DNA of 64,000 nt. Origin: Phoenicibacter sp. GTDB lineage: Bacteria > Actinomycetota > Coriobacteriia > Coriobacteriales > Eggerthellaceae. The stretch lies in the NCBI GenBank assembly GCA_045641605.1, contig JAZUHG010000017.1:13711-77710 (forward strand), in the 5' to 3' direction. The notes beneath the pieces were generated by a model, which made no database searches, was not told the DNA's origin, and saw only the letters and a list, made by a program, of their open reading frames with translations. This document shows, piece by piece, positions 24,403 through 35,164 of the stretch. Both the position numbers and the translations under genes were made by a program. Every line of letters begins with the position of its first letter. The stretch's first letter is position 1.

Positions 24403-26061
24403 ATGCATGATCAACAAAATTTAAAAGACTTATTTTCCCAGGCGATTAAAAGGTCTGGGCTTGATGTGGATCCCAATATTGATCCTGCCTTAGAGCGTCC
24501 GAAGGATGATGCCAATGGTGATTTTGCAAGCACAATTGCTCTTCGGCTCTCGAAAGAGCTAGGGTCAAACCCTCGGGACATAGCGCAAAAGATTGTTGAT
24601 AATTTCCCTCAAAGCAGCGATGTAAAAAAGGTCGAAATTGCAGGTCCTGGCTTTATAAACTTGTATTTGCAAAATGAGAGTATTAGCGGAATTGTTAAGA
24701 CCATTAGGGAGCAAAAGCTTGATTTTGGTCGCGATTGTGCCAAAGGCTTTGCCAAAGACATTGATAAAAATGTAAATCTTGAATATATTTCGGCTAACCC
24801 AACCGGGCCTATGCATGTTGGTCATGGACGATGGGCTGCTTTGGGTGATAGTATTGCAAAAATCATGAGGCATTGTGGTTATGAGGTCTATGAAGAGTTT
24901 TATCTTAATGATCATGGTGTACAAATGAACTTGTTTGCTAACTCAATTGCCGTTAGGTATATGCAAGCTCTAGGTCAAGATGTTGAGCTTCCCGATGAAT
25001 CTTATGGTGGGGAATATGTCAAAGACATTGCTCAAGATATTATTGACGCCGATGGAGATAAATGGCTTAAAGTTGACGAAGATGCTCGTATTGAGGCATT
25101 TAAGAAGATTGGCCAAGACAAAATGGTTGCTCAATTGCAACAAACCTTAAAACAATTTGGTACTAGGTTTGACCTATATTTTTCAGAGAGCTCTTTATAC
25201 GATGGCAAGACCACTAAGGTTGATAAAGCCATCGAAGAATTCAAGAAAAAAGATTTGCTTTATGAAAAAGACGGTGCAACATGGTTTAAAACTACAAATT
25301 TCGGCGATGACAAAGACCGTGTTGTTATTAAGGAAAACGGCGAAGTAACTTACTTCTTAAGTGATTGTGCCTACCATTTTGATAAGTTGCAGCGTGGCTT
25401 CGATCATTTAATAGATATTTGAGGAGCCGACCATCATGGTTATATCCCCAGGATGAAGGCTATGATGCAAGCATGAGATATGCCTGCTGACAGCCTGGAA
25501 ATTGTCCTTGGGCAACTTGTTAATCTTTTCCGCGACGGTGCGCCTGTAAGAATGAGCAAGCGTACTGGCGAGATGGTTACCTTCCAAGAGCTAATCGACG
25601 AAGTTGGAGTGGATGCAACACGTTATTTGATGCTTTCGCGAAGCAGCGACCAACCGATTGACTTCGATATTGAGCTTGCTAAGAAGCAAGATTCTTCAAA
25701 CCCTGTATATTATGTTCAATATGCTCATGCAAGGATCTGTTCGATAATTAAGAAGGCGGGAGACGTTCCACAAAGTGCTGACCTAAGTCTTTTGAAGGAT
25801 AAATTTGAGCTTGATTTGTGCAGGTTGATGGATACATTGCCAGAGGTTTTGAGAAAAGCAGCAATTAATCGCGCGCCACATACTTTGGTCCATTACTCAC
25901 AAGAGCTTGCAAGCACATTTCATCAATTCTATACAAATTGTAGAGTTGTTAACGAAGACACAGCCCTCCAAGATGCAAGGCTTGCCCTTTGCGATGCGGC
26001 TAGAATTTGTTTGGAGCTCACACTTAGCTTGCTTGGTGTTTCTGCACCAGAAAGTATGTAG
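24403..26061 (+). CDS. argS: Arginine--tRNA ligase
   Basis: 'SANPTGPMHVGHGR' and 'IDI W GADHHGYIPRMKA' (TGA 25420-25422). A second TGA lies near 25465. C-terminal DALR domain 'YVQYAHARICS'. Confidence 0.95.
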
Positions 26062-26598
26062 ATGAATATTTCAGCATCAATTCTAATTGAATATATACTT
26101 CAAATTTTATTAATTACATTTTGTTCTATTGCTGCTGTTAAGGATGCAAAAACACGCAAAATTCCAAATTGAATCCCCTTGACCTTGTTTTGCATTTGAG
26201 TTTTAAGTGTTGTTGTTAAATGAATTTTAAGCAATCTACTTATTATTGATGTGTCTGTATTTGAAATCTTGATTGAAGTAGCAAAACAAGTTTTGGCTTC
26301 GGCATTAATTTGTTGCATCATTGCTTTGGCCATCATATTAAATAACAGGTGGCGCAAAAAGAACGGCAAGCCCGAGTCTTCGTCATTTGGAATGGGTGAT
26401 ATTAAACTTTTGATGGTTGTCTGCCTATTTTTAGGGATTAGCGGATCGTTAATATGTCTGGTTGCTGCATGCTTTACTTTTATCTTATACATTTTAATTG
26501 TACGACTGGCTACCAAAAAGACCATTAAGGTGGCATCTTTTGCGCCATTTATCCTTGCTGGTATATTGATTGTCACAGCCCTTCCATTTATCGTATAA
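26062..26598 (+). CDS. A24-family prepilin/preflagellin-type aspartic peptidase (short form)
   Basis: With 3 TGA read as Trp, translation gives a polytopic protein with both catalytic Asp motifs ('AAVKDAKTRKIPNW', 'FGMGDIKLLM'). The ATG directly follows the argS TAG. Antisense ORF 26100..26606 is rejected. Confidence 0.65.
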
Positions 26599-26612
26599 TT
26601 AAACAAGTTGTT

Positions 26613-27449
26613 ATGTCTAATATTGGAAAAATATTCATTTGTTCAACTCCAATTGGGAATTTAAGTGATATTAGTGCGCACTTAAGTGATGCTCTTAGCT
26701 CTGCCGATACAATTTTCGCCGAAGACACACGTGTGACTTCCAAACTTTTAGCTCATCTTGAACTTGAAAAGTCTCTTAAGCGTTTGGATGAAAATGTAAT
26801 GGACAAACATGTTACGGATGTGATTGATGCTGCCAAGGCAGGTGAAATTGTTGCATATTGCAGTGATGCTGGGACTCCAGGTGTAAGTGACCCTGGACTT
26901 AAGATTGTGGAAGCTGCAAGGCAGGCTAATATTGATGTAGAGGTTGTCCCTGGGCCTTCGGCGGTTTTGGCTGCTTATGTTGCCAGTGGCTTTACCAACC
27001 AAAACTTTTACTTCGGCGGATTTTTGCCAAGGAAAGACAATGCAAGGAAAAATGAACTCGACAATTTGTCCAAGCTGGATGCTGTTTTAATATTTTATGA
27101 GAGCCCAAACCGTTTGGTAAAAACTCTTGAAACTATCGCTGAGGTTTTTGGTGACACACGTGTTTCAGTTTGCAGGGAGCTTACGAAGATGCATGAAGAA
27201 GTTGCTATTGGTCCTGCTAGCGATGTTTATGAAGAATTCAAGCAACGCGAGTCCATTAAGGGCGAAATTGTAATTTGCGTTGATTCTAAACCAGTTGAGG
27301 CTCAACCAGAAATGGATCCAACCAACAAATTGGCTAATTATCTTTCAAATTCCGGATTCAAATCATCAGAAATATCTTCAGTCTTGCAAGATGTTTTTGG
27401 GGTTTCAAAAAACGACGCCTATCAAATTGCTCTAAATGCCAAAGAATAA
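26613..27449 (+). CDS. rsmI: 16S rRNA (cytidine1402-2'-O)-methyltransferase
   Basis: Tetrapyrrole-methylase fold: 'IFICSTPIGNLSDIS', 'IFAEDTRVTSKLL', 'SDAGTPGVSDPG', 'VCRELTKMHEE'. Confidence 0.85.
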   Translation: MSNIGKIFICSTPIGNLSDISAHLSDALSSADTIFAEDTRVTSKLLAHLELEKSLKRLDENVMDKHVTDVIDAAKAGEIVAYCSDAGTPGVSDPGLKIVEAARQANIDVEVVPGPSAVLAAYVASGFTNQNFYFGGFLPRKDNARKNELDNLSKLDAVLIFYESPNRLVKTLETIAEVFGDTRVSVCRELTKMHEEVAIGPASDVYEEFKQRESIKGEIVICVDSKPVEAQPEMDPTNKLANYLSNSGFKSSEISSVLQDVFGVSKNDAYQIALNAKE

Positions 27450-28191
27450 GAAAAGATTAGACGAATATCTTGTCGAAGGTGGCTATTTCGATAACACCGA
27501 AGACGTGAAGCGCGCTGTAATAGCTCATGAAGTTCGGCTTGATACCTCTTATGTTAGCAGTGCTGCCGTTATGATAGAGCTAGACGACCAAGGTATTTGC
27601 AAGCAAGAGCTTTTTATTAAAGGTGTTAAACAATTTGTGTCCCGCGGTGGCCTAAAACTTAGTGCTGCATTACAAGAATTTGATATTAAGGTTAAGGATA
27701 AGCATTGCTTGGATATTGGCTCTTCAACTGGCGGTTTTACTGATTGTTTGCTACAGGCAGGAGCTGCGGACGTAGCTTGTGTGGATGTAAATTATGGCCA
27801 ACTTGCTTGAAGCTTGCGTGAAAATCCAAAAGTTAAAGTATTTGAGCGCTTAAATATCAAGGACGCTGTGCCTTCGGAGTTAGGCGCGCCATTTGATATT
27901 GTTGTGACTGACGTAAGCTTTATCAGTTTGGCTTCAATCGCCGAAGTCGTAGCCTCTATGTGCGTTAAGGGCTCAACTTTTGTAGGTTTGATAAAGCCTC
28001 AATTTGAATGCAAAAAGGGCGAGACCGAAGGCGGGGTTGTGGTTGATGATTCAATTCGCCAAAGAACAATTGACGAAGTTGTCGAAGCTTACAAGGCTCA
28101 AGGCTTCGGTGAGCCTAAAATAAAACAGAGCCCCGTGAAGGGCCCTGCTGGTAACATCGAGTATTTAATCTATACAATTAAACAATCTTAA
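27436..28191 (+). CDS. tlyA: TlyA-family rRNA 2'-O-methyltransferase
   Basis: S4 domain followed by 'SRGGLKL', 'LDIGSSTGGFTDCLLQ', 'VDVNYGQLA W SLREN' (TGA 27808-27810), 'TDVSFISL'. Confidence 0.85.
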
Positions 28192-28825
28192 TTGAAACAA
28201 TTTTTGGCTGTTGTGCCGAAGGAATTGTTCCATTGTTGTCGCTTGGCTTGGCATCTGCAATAATTTTGTCCACTACATCCATGCCTTCTAAGACATATCC
28301 AAAGCAGCAATATTTACCGTCTAATGACTTTGAATTGTTTGAGCTTGTTTGGTGAACGATGAAGAATTGGGAGCTAGCGCTATCGTTATCCGAAGACCTA
28401 GCCATCGAAATCGCACCTCTTGTGTGAGCTAGATAATTTTCAACTCCATTTTCCTTGAACTCGCCTTTAATGGTTTTCTCAGATCCGCCAGTGCCATCGC
28501 CTTTAGGGTCACCACCTTGCATCATAAATCCACTAATAATTCTGTGGAAGGTTAGACCATTGTAAAAGCCATCTTCAACAAGCTTTTTGAAGTTAGCAAC
28601 TGTGATTGGTGCAGCTTTAGAATCCAAGCCAACCTTAATTTTTCCATAGTTAGCAACTTCGATCTCGACAGTATCTGTTTGTTGGAAGTTGTCTTGGCTA
28701 AAAGATTTGCCCTTACTGCTTGAACCGGTGCTTTTCTGACCGCATGCACAAAGGCTCAATGCCAATAGTACAGTGGCAAGCAAAGCTCCTGCAATAGCTA
28801 ATTTTGATTTAATAGATTTTTCCAT
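28178..28825 (-). CDS. Cyclophilin-type peptidyl-prolyl isomerase, lipoprotein
   Basis: Signal peptide plus lipobox 'LALSLCACG'. 'FHRIISGFMMQGGDP' and 'SMARS...SASSQFFI' are the cyclophilin signature. Confidence 0.85.
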   Translation of the reverse strand: MEKSIKSKLAIAGALLATVLLALSLCACGQKSTGSSSKGKSFSQDNFQQTDTVEIEVANYGKIKVGLDSKAAPITVANFKKLVEDGFYNGLTFHRIISGFMMQGGDPKGDGTGGSEKTIKGEFKENGVENYLAHTRGAISMARSSDNDSASSQFFIVHQTSSNNSKSLDGKYCCFGYVLEGMDVVDKIIADAKPSDNNGTIPSAQQPKIVSIKIV

Positions 28826-28844
28826 GATTTACTCCTTTAACGGC

Positions 28845-28873
28845 TTGCAATTATAACAAATTTGATATAAAAT
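28845..28873 (+). promoter_or_regulatory. Candidate sigma-70-type promoter for ssrA
   Basis: TTGCAA (28845-28850), 17-nt spacer, TAAAAT (28868-28873), about 24 nt upstream of the mature tmRNA 5' end. Confidence 0.35.
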
Positions 28874-28896
28874 GCCCACTTGCACTTTGAAAAGAT

Positions 28897-29259
28897 GGGG
28901 GCGACCGGTTTCGACATATTACGTGACTGTTGCTCTGCAGGTTGTGGTCTCCTGATCCACGTTAAATAACAGGTAAGTCAAATTAATTGACAAAACTACT
29001 AACGGCCGTTTGGCCATGGCAGCATAGTATAAGTCTGCCTGCCTCTCTACCTGACTCCTTCTAGGGTAGACTAGGTATCGTTTTTTAGATGGATGCTGCG
29101 TCTGGTGTAGCTGGTATACAGACGCCTAAGATTAAACCCGCACTTGTGCAATTTGTGTGTCAACCACGTTTTTGCACTCGTATTAATTGTTGACTAAGCT
29201 TGTAGAGGGGTTTCAGGTATGTAGTATGGACCGGAGTTCGATTCTCCGCGCCTCCACCA
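28897..29259 (+). ncRNA. ssrA: tmRNA (SsrA)
   Basis: 5' gggggcg pairs with the 3' cgcctcc-a-cca (G3-U wobble). tRNA-like T-arm 'ggagttcgattctcc'. The internal tag frame ends ...GGC CGT TTG GCC ATG GCA GCA TAG (29004-29027), giving the likely tag (A)DKTTNGRLAMAA. Confidence 0.9.
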
Positions 29260-29427
29260 CTTAGAATGCTCGGCTTAACAGCCTTCGCATAGAGCTTTCG
29301 CTCCGAAATAAATCTATCCATCATCTTTACCCTTGTTTTTTAACTCGCGTACACAGTACGCGTCGTTAAAAAGGCGGGCAAATCTGAAGGATATCTTTAT
29401 TTCTCGCTGTCTTTACCAATACTATTG

Positions 29428-31332
29428 TTAAATAATAAATAAAAGAAAATACTCTGAGATGTTTTCGAGATTCCAAGAGCTGATGAGGTCTTGGGCGCGG
29501 AGGACCGAAGTTCTTATGACGCGGATGGCGGTGATGCGGAATTTGTCGGTGGTTTCGGTGTATTCGGAAAGACCGATGTTGAGGTCGATTGCGTCTATCT
29601 TTTTGCCTTGGCTGTTTTTGAAATAAACCTTGTTACGAAGGCTGTTGCCAATGTAGCCGATGATAATTCCTGTAACAATTCCTATAACAATTGTAATTGC
29701 TTCGAAGAAAAGGATTCCAAGAATGATAGCTAATAGAGGAAGTGCTATCGCGATTCCGAAGAGCCAGTGACGAGTACGATCATAGATCGAATTAAAGTTG
29801 GCGAATTCGTTTACTTCGTCAGTTAGAAGTGAGTGCCAAGATAAATAACTTGACATAAATTCATATGGTCTGGCGTTTGCGTAATTTTCGATATCTGATA
29901 GGCGAAGTAATGGGTTACCACAAGCTATTTCTGTGAACAAGAACTTAATTGTTCGTTTATCAATGATATTAATATTTCTTGCCTTGTATGGGTCTTTAGC
30001 AAGTTGTGCTTTCTTTAGACGAATTTCAAAATCTCCAGATGCCATTCTTTTAATGCGGATGTGTTTGTGCTCGTTAAGTGAGAGCAGACTTACAACTACA
30101 TCGTGGGCGAATTCGTGGTTTCAATTTTTTAGTCGTACCAACATGCAAGGGTGCATTTCTTTTAACTTTTTGTTGGAAAGTGCACCAACCAAGAATCTTC
30201 TTCTGTATATAATTAAAATTATTAAGCAAGCGCCAAGTGCCAAGAAGCAAAATACAGAGAAAATTATTGGGAGTAACAATTTGTTAACTGCATCTGTTCT
30301 GTAATCGCGTCAAACGGATTCTTCTTTTAATATTGTTGTAAGTTTTGTTTGGTTACGTTGGCTAATATCGCTTCCCATATCTAGGTTTGTAAGCCAAGAA
30401 GTGGGGAATACTATACGAAGTTCTGCATCCGAATTGCCAGGTACAACTTCGTTATTTAGAGAAACGATGCCTGCAGGGTCTAGGTCAACTATTCCAGAAG
30501 TCGAGCCGTGACCTCAAGCATAAATATTTCTTTCGGTAATGCTTTCGGGGTTTGAGCCTTCGTTGGCGCCTTTTGCAAGTGGGTTTACTATGCCTTCGCT
30601 GCCTACTGGAATTGTGACTCTAACGTTCACATCGTAGGAGTCCATCATCCATGTATCTTGGCAATATGCCCATTGGAAATCTGCAACGTCTTTAAATATT
30701 GTTGCAGCGCGCTCGATTGTATAGTTCATGCTAATTATTGCTTTGGTGCTTGCCCATGCATTTACATCATTTGTGCCGGTCATGGCTACCATTATTTCAT
30801 AACATTGTTGAGATGTTAGCTGGTCTTGGTTAATAAGTTCGGAATAAAGACACATCTTTTTGTCTTCGGCGTTGTATGTAAATGTTGGAGCAGTGGGACT
30901 GTCTTCGCCTTTCCACTTTGATAAATAGGTAGCGTTTTCAAAACCTCTTCAAGTCCCAATTACTGTATCAGCGTTTGAAAGAATTGCGATCTGTGCATTG
31001 CCTAGACTTATGTCGCTTTCTTTTGGAAGATATTTATAGCCTCAAACCAGGGGAGAAAGCTTAGGTGCAATGTTTGGGCTTTGAGTTGTGCCTGTTTTAT
31101 ATGTTTTGGCTTTTTCTATGAATGGAGTTACATCGATGATCTTTTGCTCTGTGATATTGATTGAGCCATCGGTGCTAATTGCTGCGTTGATTGTCGATTT
31201 TCAAGAAAGAGTTTCGGCTGTTTTTAGAGCAAAGGCTTTTTTTGGAGCAATTAAGCACATACTAAATGCTAAAACTATGCACATAAATGCTTTTGTAAGT
31301 TTGATAGCTATGTTAATCTTCGTATTTTTCAT
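29428..31332 (-). CDS. DUF2207-like membrane protein (signal peptide, extracellular domain, TM segments)
   Basis: Hand translation gives one 634-aa frame with 6 TGA. N-terminal signal 'MKNTKINIAIKLTKAFMCIVLAFSMCLIAP', the block 'YAWGHGSTSGIVDL...AELRIVFPTSW' typical of DUF2207, a TM 'LLLPIIFSVFCFLALGACLIILIIY', and C-terminal TMs. Confidence 0.55.
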
Positions 31333-33907
31333 AAAATACAGGAACTGTCATGTCAAAGTCCGAAGCATCTCATTCGCTCCTTCTTTGACGTAAATAAATC
31401 CCTCCAAAGTGAGAATTATAGCAGTATAGACCCTCCATATTGCAGCATTGTTGTATACCTTTATCTACGCTGCCTTTTTTGTCATTAATGTCTATGACCA
31501 CATTAGGGCTATTATGCATTGTTGCAAACTTTTGAATGATGTATGTTTCTTCTTTCGCGCATTTTTCAATCGTGCTTTCTCATTCTTTTTGATTCATTTC
31601 ATAACCAACAAAAACATTTTGTGCGTCTCTTGAGCTAATCGGTTTAACTAAATAGCTGTCTTTATTATCTATGTAAATTTTTAGATCAGCTAAGTCTTTT
31701 GATAGGAATTTTGTTTCTGGAATGTGCAAGCGAATAAATTCTTTTTCAGACTCATTAAGTAATTTTTGAGTTTGTGGCATGTGAAGAACTGCAAATAACT
31801 GTTTATCGTGAACTATTTGACTGTTAAACCAATCAATAGGACAAACTTTATCGTTTAAACTTGCATCAATCAATGCCACCACGCCTTCGGAGTCTTTAAA
31901 CGGGAGCAAATCATCCAGGGTAATGCGCTTGTAGACTGCATCAATCTTTTTGCCTTCTTTTGTTGTTAGATTATTTTCATCGAAGCGAAGGTCGCGGATG
32001 TCGCAAATTTCACAATCTAATCCGTTATTGATAAAGCTCTCTTTAAAAGGGCCGAAGTCGGGGAGCTGGCAGTTATCCAAGAGGTCAACGATGGCTACCG
32101 TGAATTTGTCAGCATCATTATTAGTATTGTTTGCCCATTGTTTATAGATCTTTTCGAATTCTTTAACTCATGGCGTATAAACATCCATGGGGCTGAAGTT
32201 AATATTTGAATCTTTTAATTTTTTGTATGGAAGGGTTTTGGAAATTTCTTCGTTGGCGTATGTGACCTTGCTCATAGCTGCACTGCCACCTGTATTGAAC
32301 TCGCAAAACTCAAATTCCCCAGTTGCATCATCGAAGAATATATCAAACCTTGCAACAGGGAAGTCTTGGCTATATTTAGGTTTGAAGTGAATTAATTTTT
32401 TACAGAATTCATCTCAAGTGAACAGTTTTTGATAATCCTTATTATTCCAATATTCTTTGTAGACTTTTTCAAGAATTCCGCACGTTTTTTCAACCAATAA
32501 CTTAAATTGAATTTGATTATTAACGTCAAATACTTTTGAAAAATAGCCAGTCTTAGAAATTTTACCCATATATGCAACTTTTGAATTCTTTCTTCTTTCT
32601 GCGTGTTGGTTAATGTCTTCTTTGCTATTTTTAAAAGCTTGTTCTTGGATTTTTGTGAATTTATTAGTGTCACTAATTGGTTTGAATTCTCCAGGAACTT
32701 CTTTAAAGTCTCACGCAAGTTCGTCTTTTAAGCATTTTTTATTATTTACCAGATCAATAATGGGTTGCATGTATTTATATTGAGTCTTTGTTGCCAATTC
32801 TATTAAGCTTAAAAGTTGTTCATGGGTGTTTTGTCCGTATACGTTTGCATCCCAGCCATTATTTTGAAGATTTTGCCCTGCCTCTTTATAGTCTGCAAAA
32901 CTAATGCTTCCATATTTTTCCCACAGTTCGTCCAAAACTTCTTTGTTGTAAAACAAGTTTTGAATTAGCTCGAAATATGCAAGTGTGTATTCTTTCGGCA
33001 TGCTGTCTGCCGGCCTAATTTCAATCTTATTTTTAAGGCGCACATCGTAAAAGCACATCGAAAGTTCATGCTTGATTTTGTCTTCGTCGCTTTTTAGATC
33101 ATGAGGTGTATAGATTTTTGGTAAGTTGTTAATTACTTCAGCATAACTTTTATAAGAGAAGTCATTTTCAAAAACTTCAGGCACCGAAGTACATCTATCC
33201 GGGTCTGCGTTATTTCAAATTTGTCAACGTGCCATACGCTTTGCGACAGGGATTCCACTTGGACTAGTTTTGTTAACACCAATTTTGAATCTCTCAAAAA
33301 TAGGGGAGTTGTCTAGCAAGAAATAGATTAACGGACTAATAGCCGTTGCAACTTTCATAATTCTCTTGCAGTTATCTTCGTTTGAGAAGTCCAAAGTAAG
33401 TTGTGTTGCAGCACTGCACCTCATCATACAAAAACCTTGTGTTCCAACGTTTTTGAAGTTTGAATCCATGCATCTGTATCTCATTTTTGGAATAATTGGC
33501 ACTTCCAAAGCACACAAGTCAGGCCTGTATCCTATATTGGCAAGGTGATAGCTGTGTTTGGCCAAAACTTCGTTGACTTCGTCTAGAAATTTGTTGTAAA
33601 TAGCTTCAATTTCTTCTATGTTTTTACATTTTTTGATGGAAATTTCAAATTGAGCACCAGGCTCAATGCTTATGTCTGCATCTTTTCTTTGAAGCCCAAC
33701 TAAATAGCTTTTGCCATTATAATTTTCATAGATCTTCTCATCATAATGGGGCGAAAGTTCTTCGATTATTTCTTGAACACCGGCTTTTGAGTCTTCGTAA
33801 GAATAGAATACAGATTTACCGCTTTCATCCAGGATGAAGTGTTCAATTTCTGCCCCTAAAAATTGATCAGAGGTTTCACCATTTTTTATGAATTCCTCTA
33901 TTTCCAT
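31307..33907 (-). CDS. Fusion protein: glutamate--cysteine ligase (plant/proteobacterial GCS type) plus a glutathionylspermidine-synthetase-like ATP-grasp domain
   Basis: I translated 31307-33907 codon by codon: one open frame of 866 aa with 7 TGA. N-terminal half: 'ISIEPGAQFEIS', 'IPKMRYRCM', 'GFCMMRCSAATQLTLDF', 'FYDVRLKNKIEIRPAD'. C-terminal half: 'ARFDIFFDDATGEFEFCEFNTGGSAAMS', 'LVKPISSRDAQNVFVG', 'YIIQKF', 'MEGLYCYNSHFGGIYLR'. The stop overlaps the DUF2207 start by 26 nt. Confidence 0.7.
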
Positions 33908-33990
33908 AGTCCCTATTATATGGTAAAATTAACGCATACGAATCTTAAATGCAGTAACTAAATTTCCAAAAATTGAATAAAGGATTAATT

Positions 33991-35145
33991 ATGAAGATTA
34001 GGAATTTTTTTATTTCATTATTTTTGGGGGCGTTAGTTTTATTTTGTTTTTCTGCATGTGCAAATGGAAGTATTTTTGATCCCCAAAAAGATAATCCAGA
34101 TGCTAAAACTGTTGGTGTTTCTATGCCAACAAAAAGTCTTGAGCGATGGAATCATGACGGCAACAACATTCGTAAGTATCTTGAAGATAAGGGATACAAT
34201 GTTCGCTTGACTTTTGCAGATAACAAGATTGACCAGCAAGTTAAAGATATTGAATCGCTAATTCCCGATGTTGACTTATTGATTATATCTCCCGTGGATG
34301 GTTTTTCATTAAGTCAAGTTTTAAAGGATGCTAAGCGACTAGACGTTCCTGTTGTTTCTTATGATAAGTTGATTCAAGGATCTGATGCGGTTAGTTATTA
34401 TGTCTCTTTTGATAATTGAAAAGTTGGTTACTTCCAAGGTAATGCAGTATTAAAAGCTCTGGACTTAACGGATCCAAATGATAAATCTAAAACATATAAC
34501 ATGGAGGTTGTTGCAGGCGAGCCTACAGATAATAATGCCATTCAATTCTTTAATGGTTCGTTATCTGCTTTGCAGCCTTATATCGATTCTGGAGTAATTA
34601 AAATTCCTTCGGGGCAAAATACTTTTGAACAATGTAGCACTAAAAATTGAGATGCTGCCACAGCTATGAATCGTATGCAAAATATTTTGGCTACCCATTA
34701 TTCTAGTGGCCAGCAATTAGATATTTGTTTGTGCAACAACGATGCTGTTGCGCTTGGTTCTAGACAGGCTATTGATTCCGATTATTCTGGCAAAAACAAA
34801 ATCATCATTACTGGCCAGGATGGAGATGAATCAAACTTAGCTAATATTGTTGACGGTAAACAGACTATGACAATTTATAAACCTATTGTTTACGAAGCAA
34901 CTGTTGCAGTCGAGCTTGTTGATAGAATCCTTCATGGTCTTTGGCCAAAGCAAGAGATAATTTCAGAATTTGGCTTAAGCAATGATTTGACTTTTAATGA
35001 TAGTGACTATGATGGCGGTTTTGGTCCTATAGATTCGTTCTTATTAACTCCTCTAGAAGTTGATAAATCAAATATCCAGCAAGAGTTAATTGATACTGGT
35101 TTTTATTATTGGGACGAAAACGGATACCCTAAGGTTGTAAAGTAA
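33991..35145 (+). CDS. Sugar ABC transporter substrate-binding lipoprotein (xylose / multiple-monosaccharide ChvE-XylF type)
   Basis: Lipobox 'LFCFSACA'. PBP1 fold motifs '[13 protein letters not shown]', 'FDN W KVGYFQG' (TGA 34417-34419), '[17 protein letters not shown]'. Start is taken at ATG 33991. Confidence 0.8.
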
Positions 35146-35164
35146 TTCGAAGGGAGGTTTTGCT

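Noticed and set aside
26100-26606. 168-aa minus-strand ORF
   Set aside because: It is antisense to the A24 peptidase frame, which carries both catalytic Asp motifs once TGA is read as Trp.
29331-29374. Long imperfect hairpin (ccttgttttttaac-tcgcgtac-aca-gtacgcg-tcgttaaaaagg) as a bidirectional terminator between ssrA and the DUF2207 gene
   Set aside because: On both strands the T-tract lies 5' and the A-tract 3' of the GC stem, the opposite of an intrinsic terminator. It may still be a processing or stability element, but I cannot support a call.
32392-32718. 108-aa Lys-rich minus-strand ORF
   Set aside because: It is in a different frame from the continuous GCS/ATP-grasp fusion frame that I translated across this region. 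It is low-complexity with no start context.
29260-33907. Integrated mobile element or genomic island at the tmRNA 3' end
   Set aside because: I saw no integrase, recombinase or phage genes. I did not spot a direct repeat of the tmRNA 3' end downstream. The block is accessory-looking, but there is no evidence of mobility in this window.
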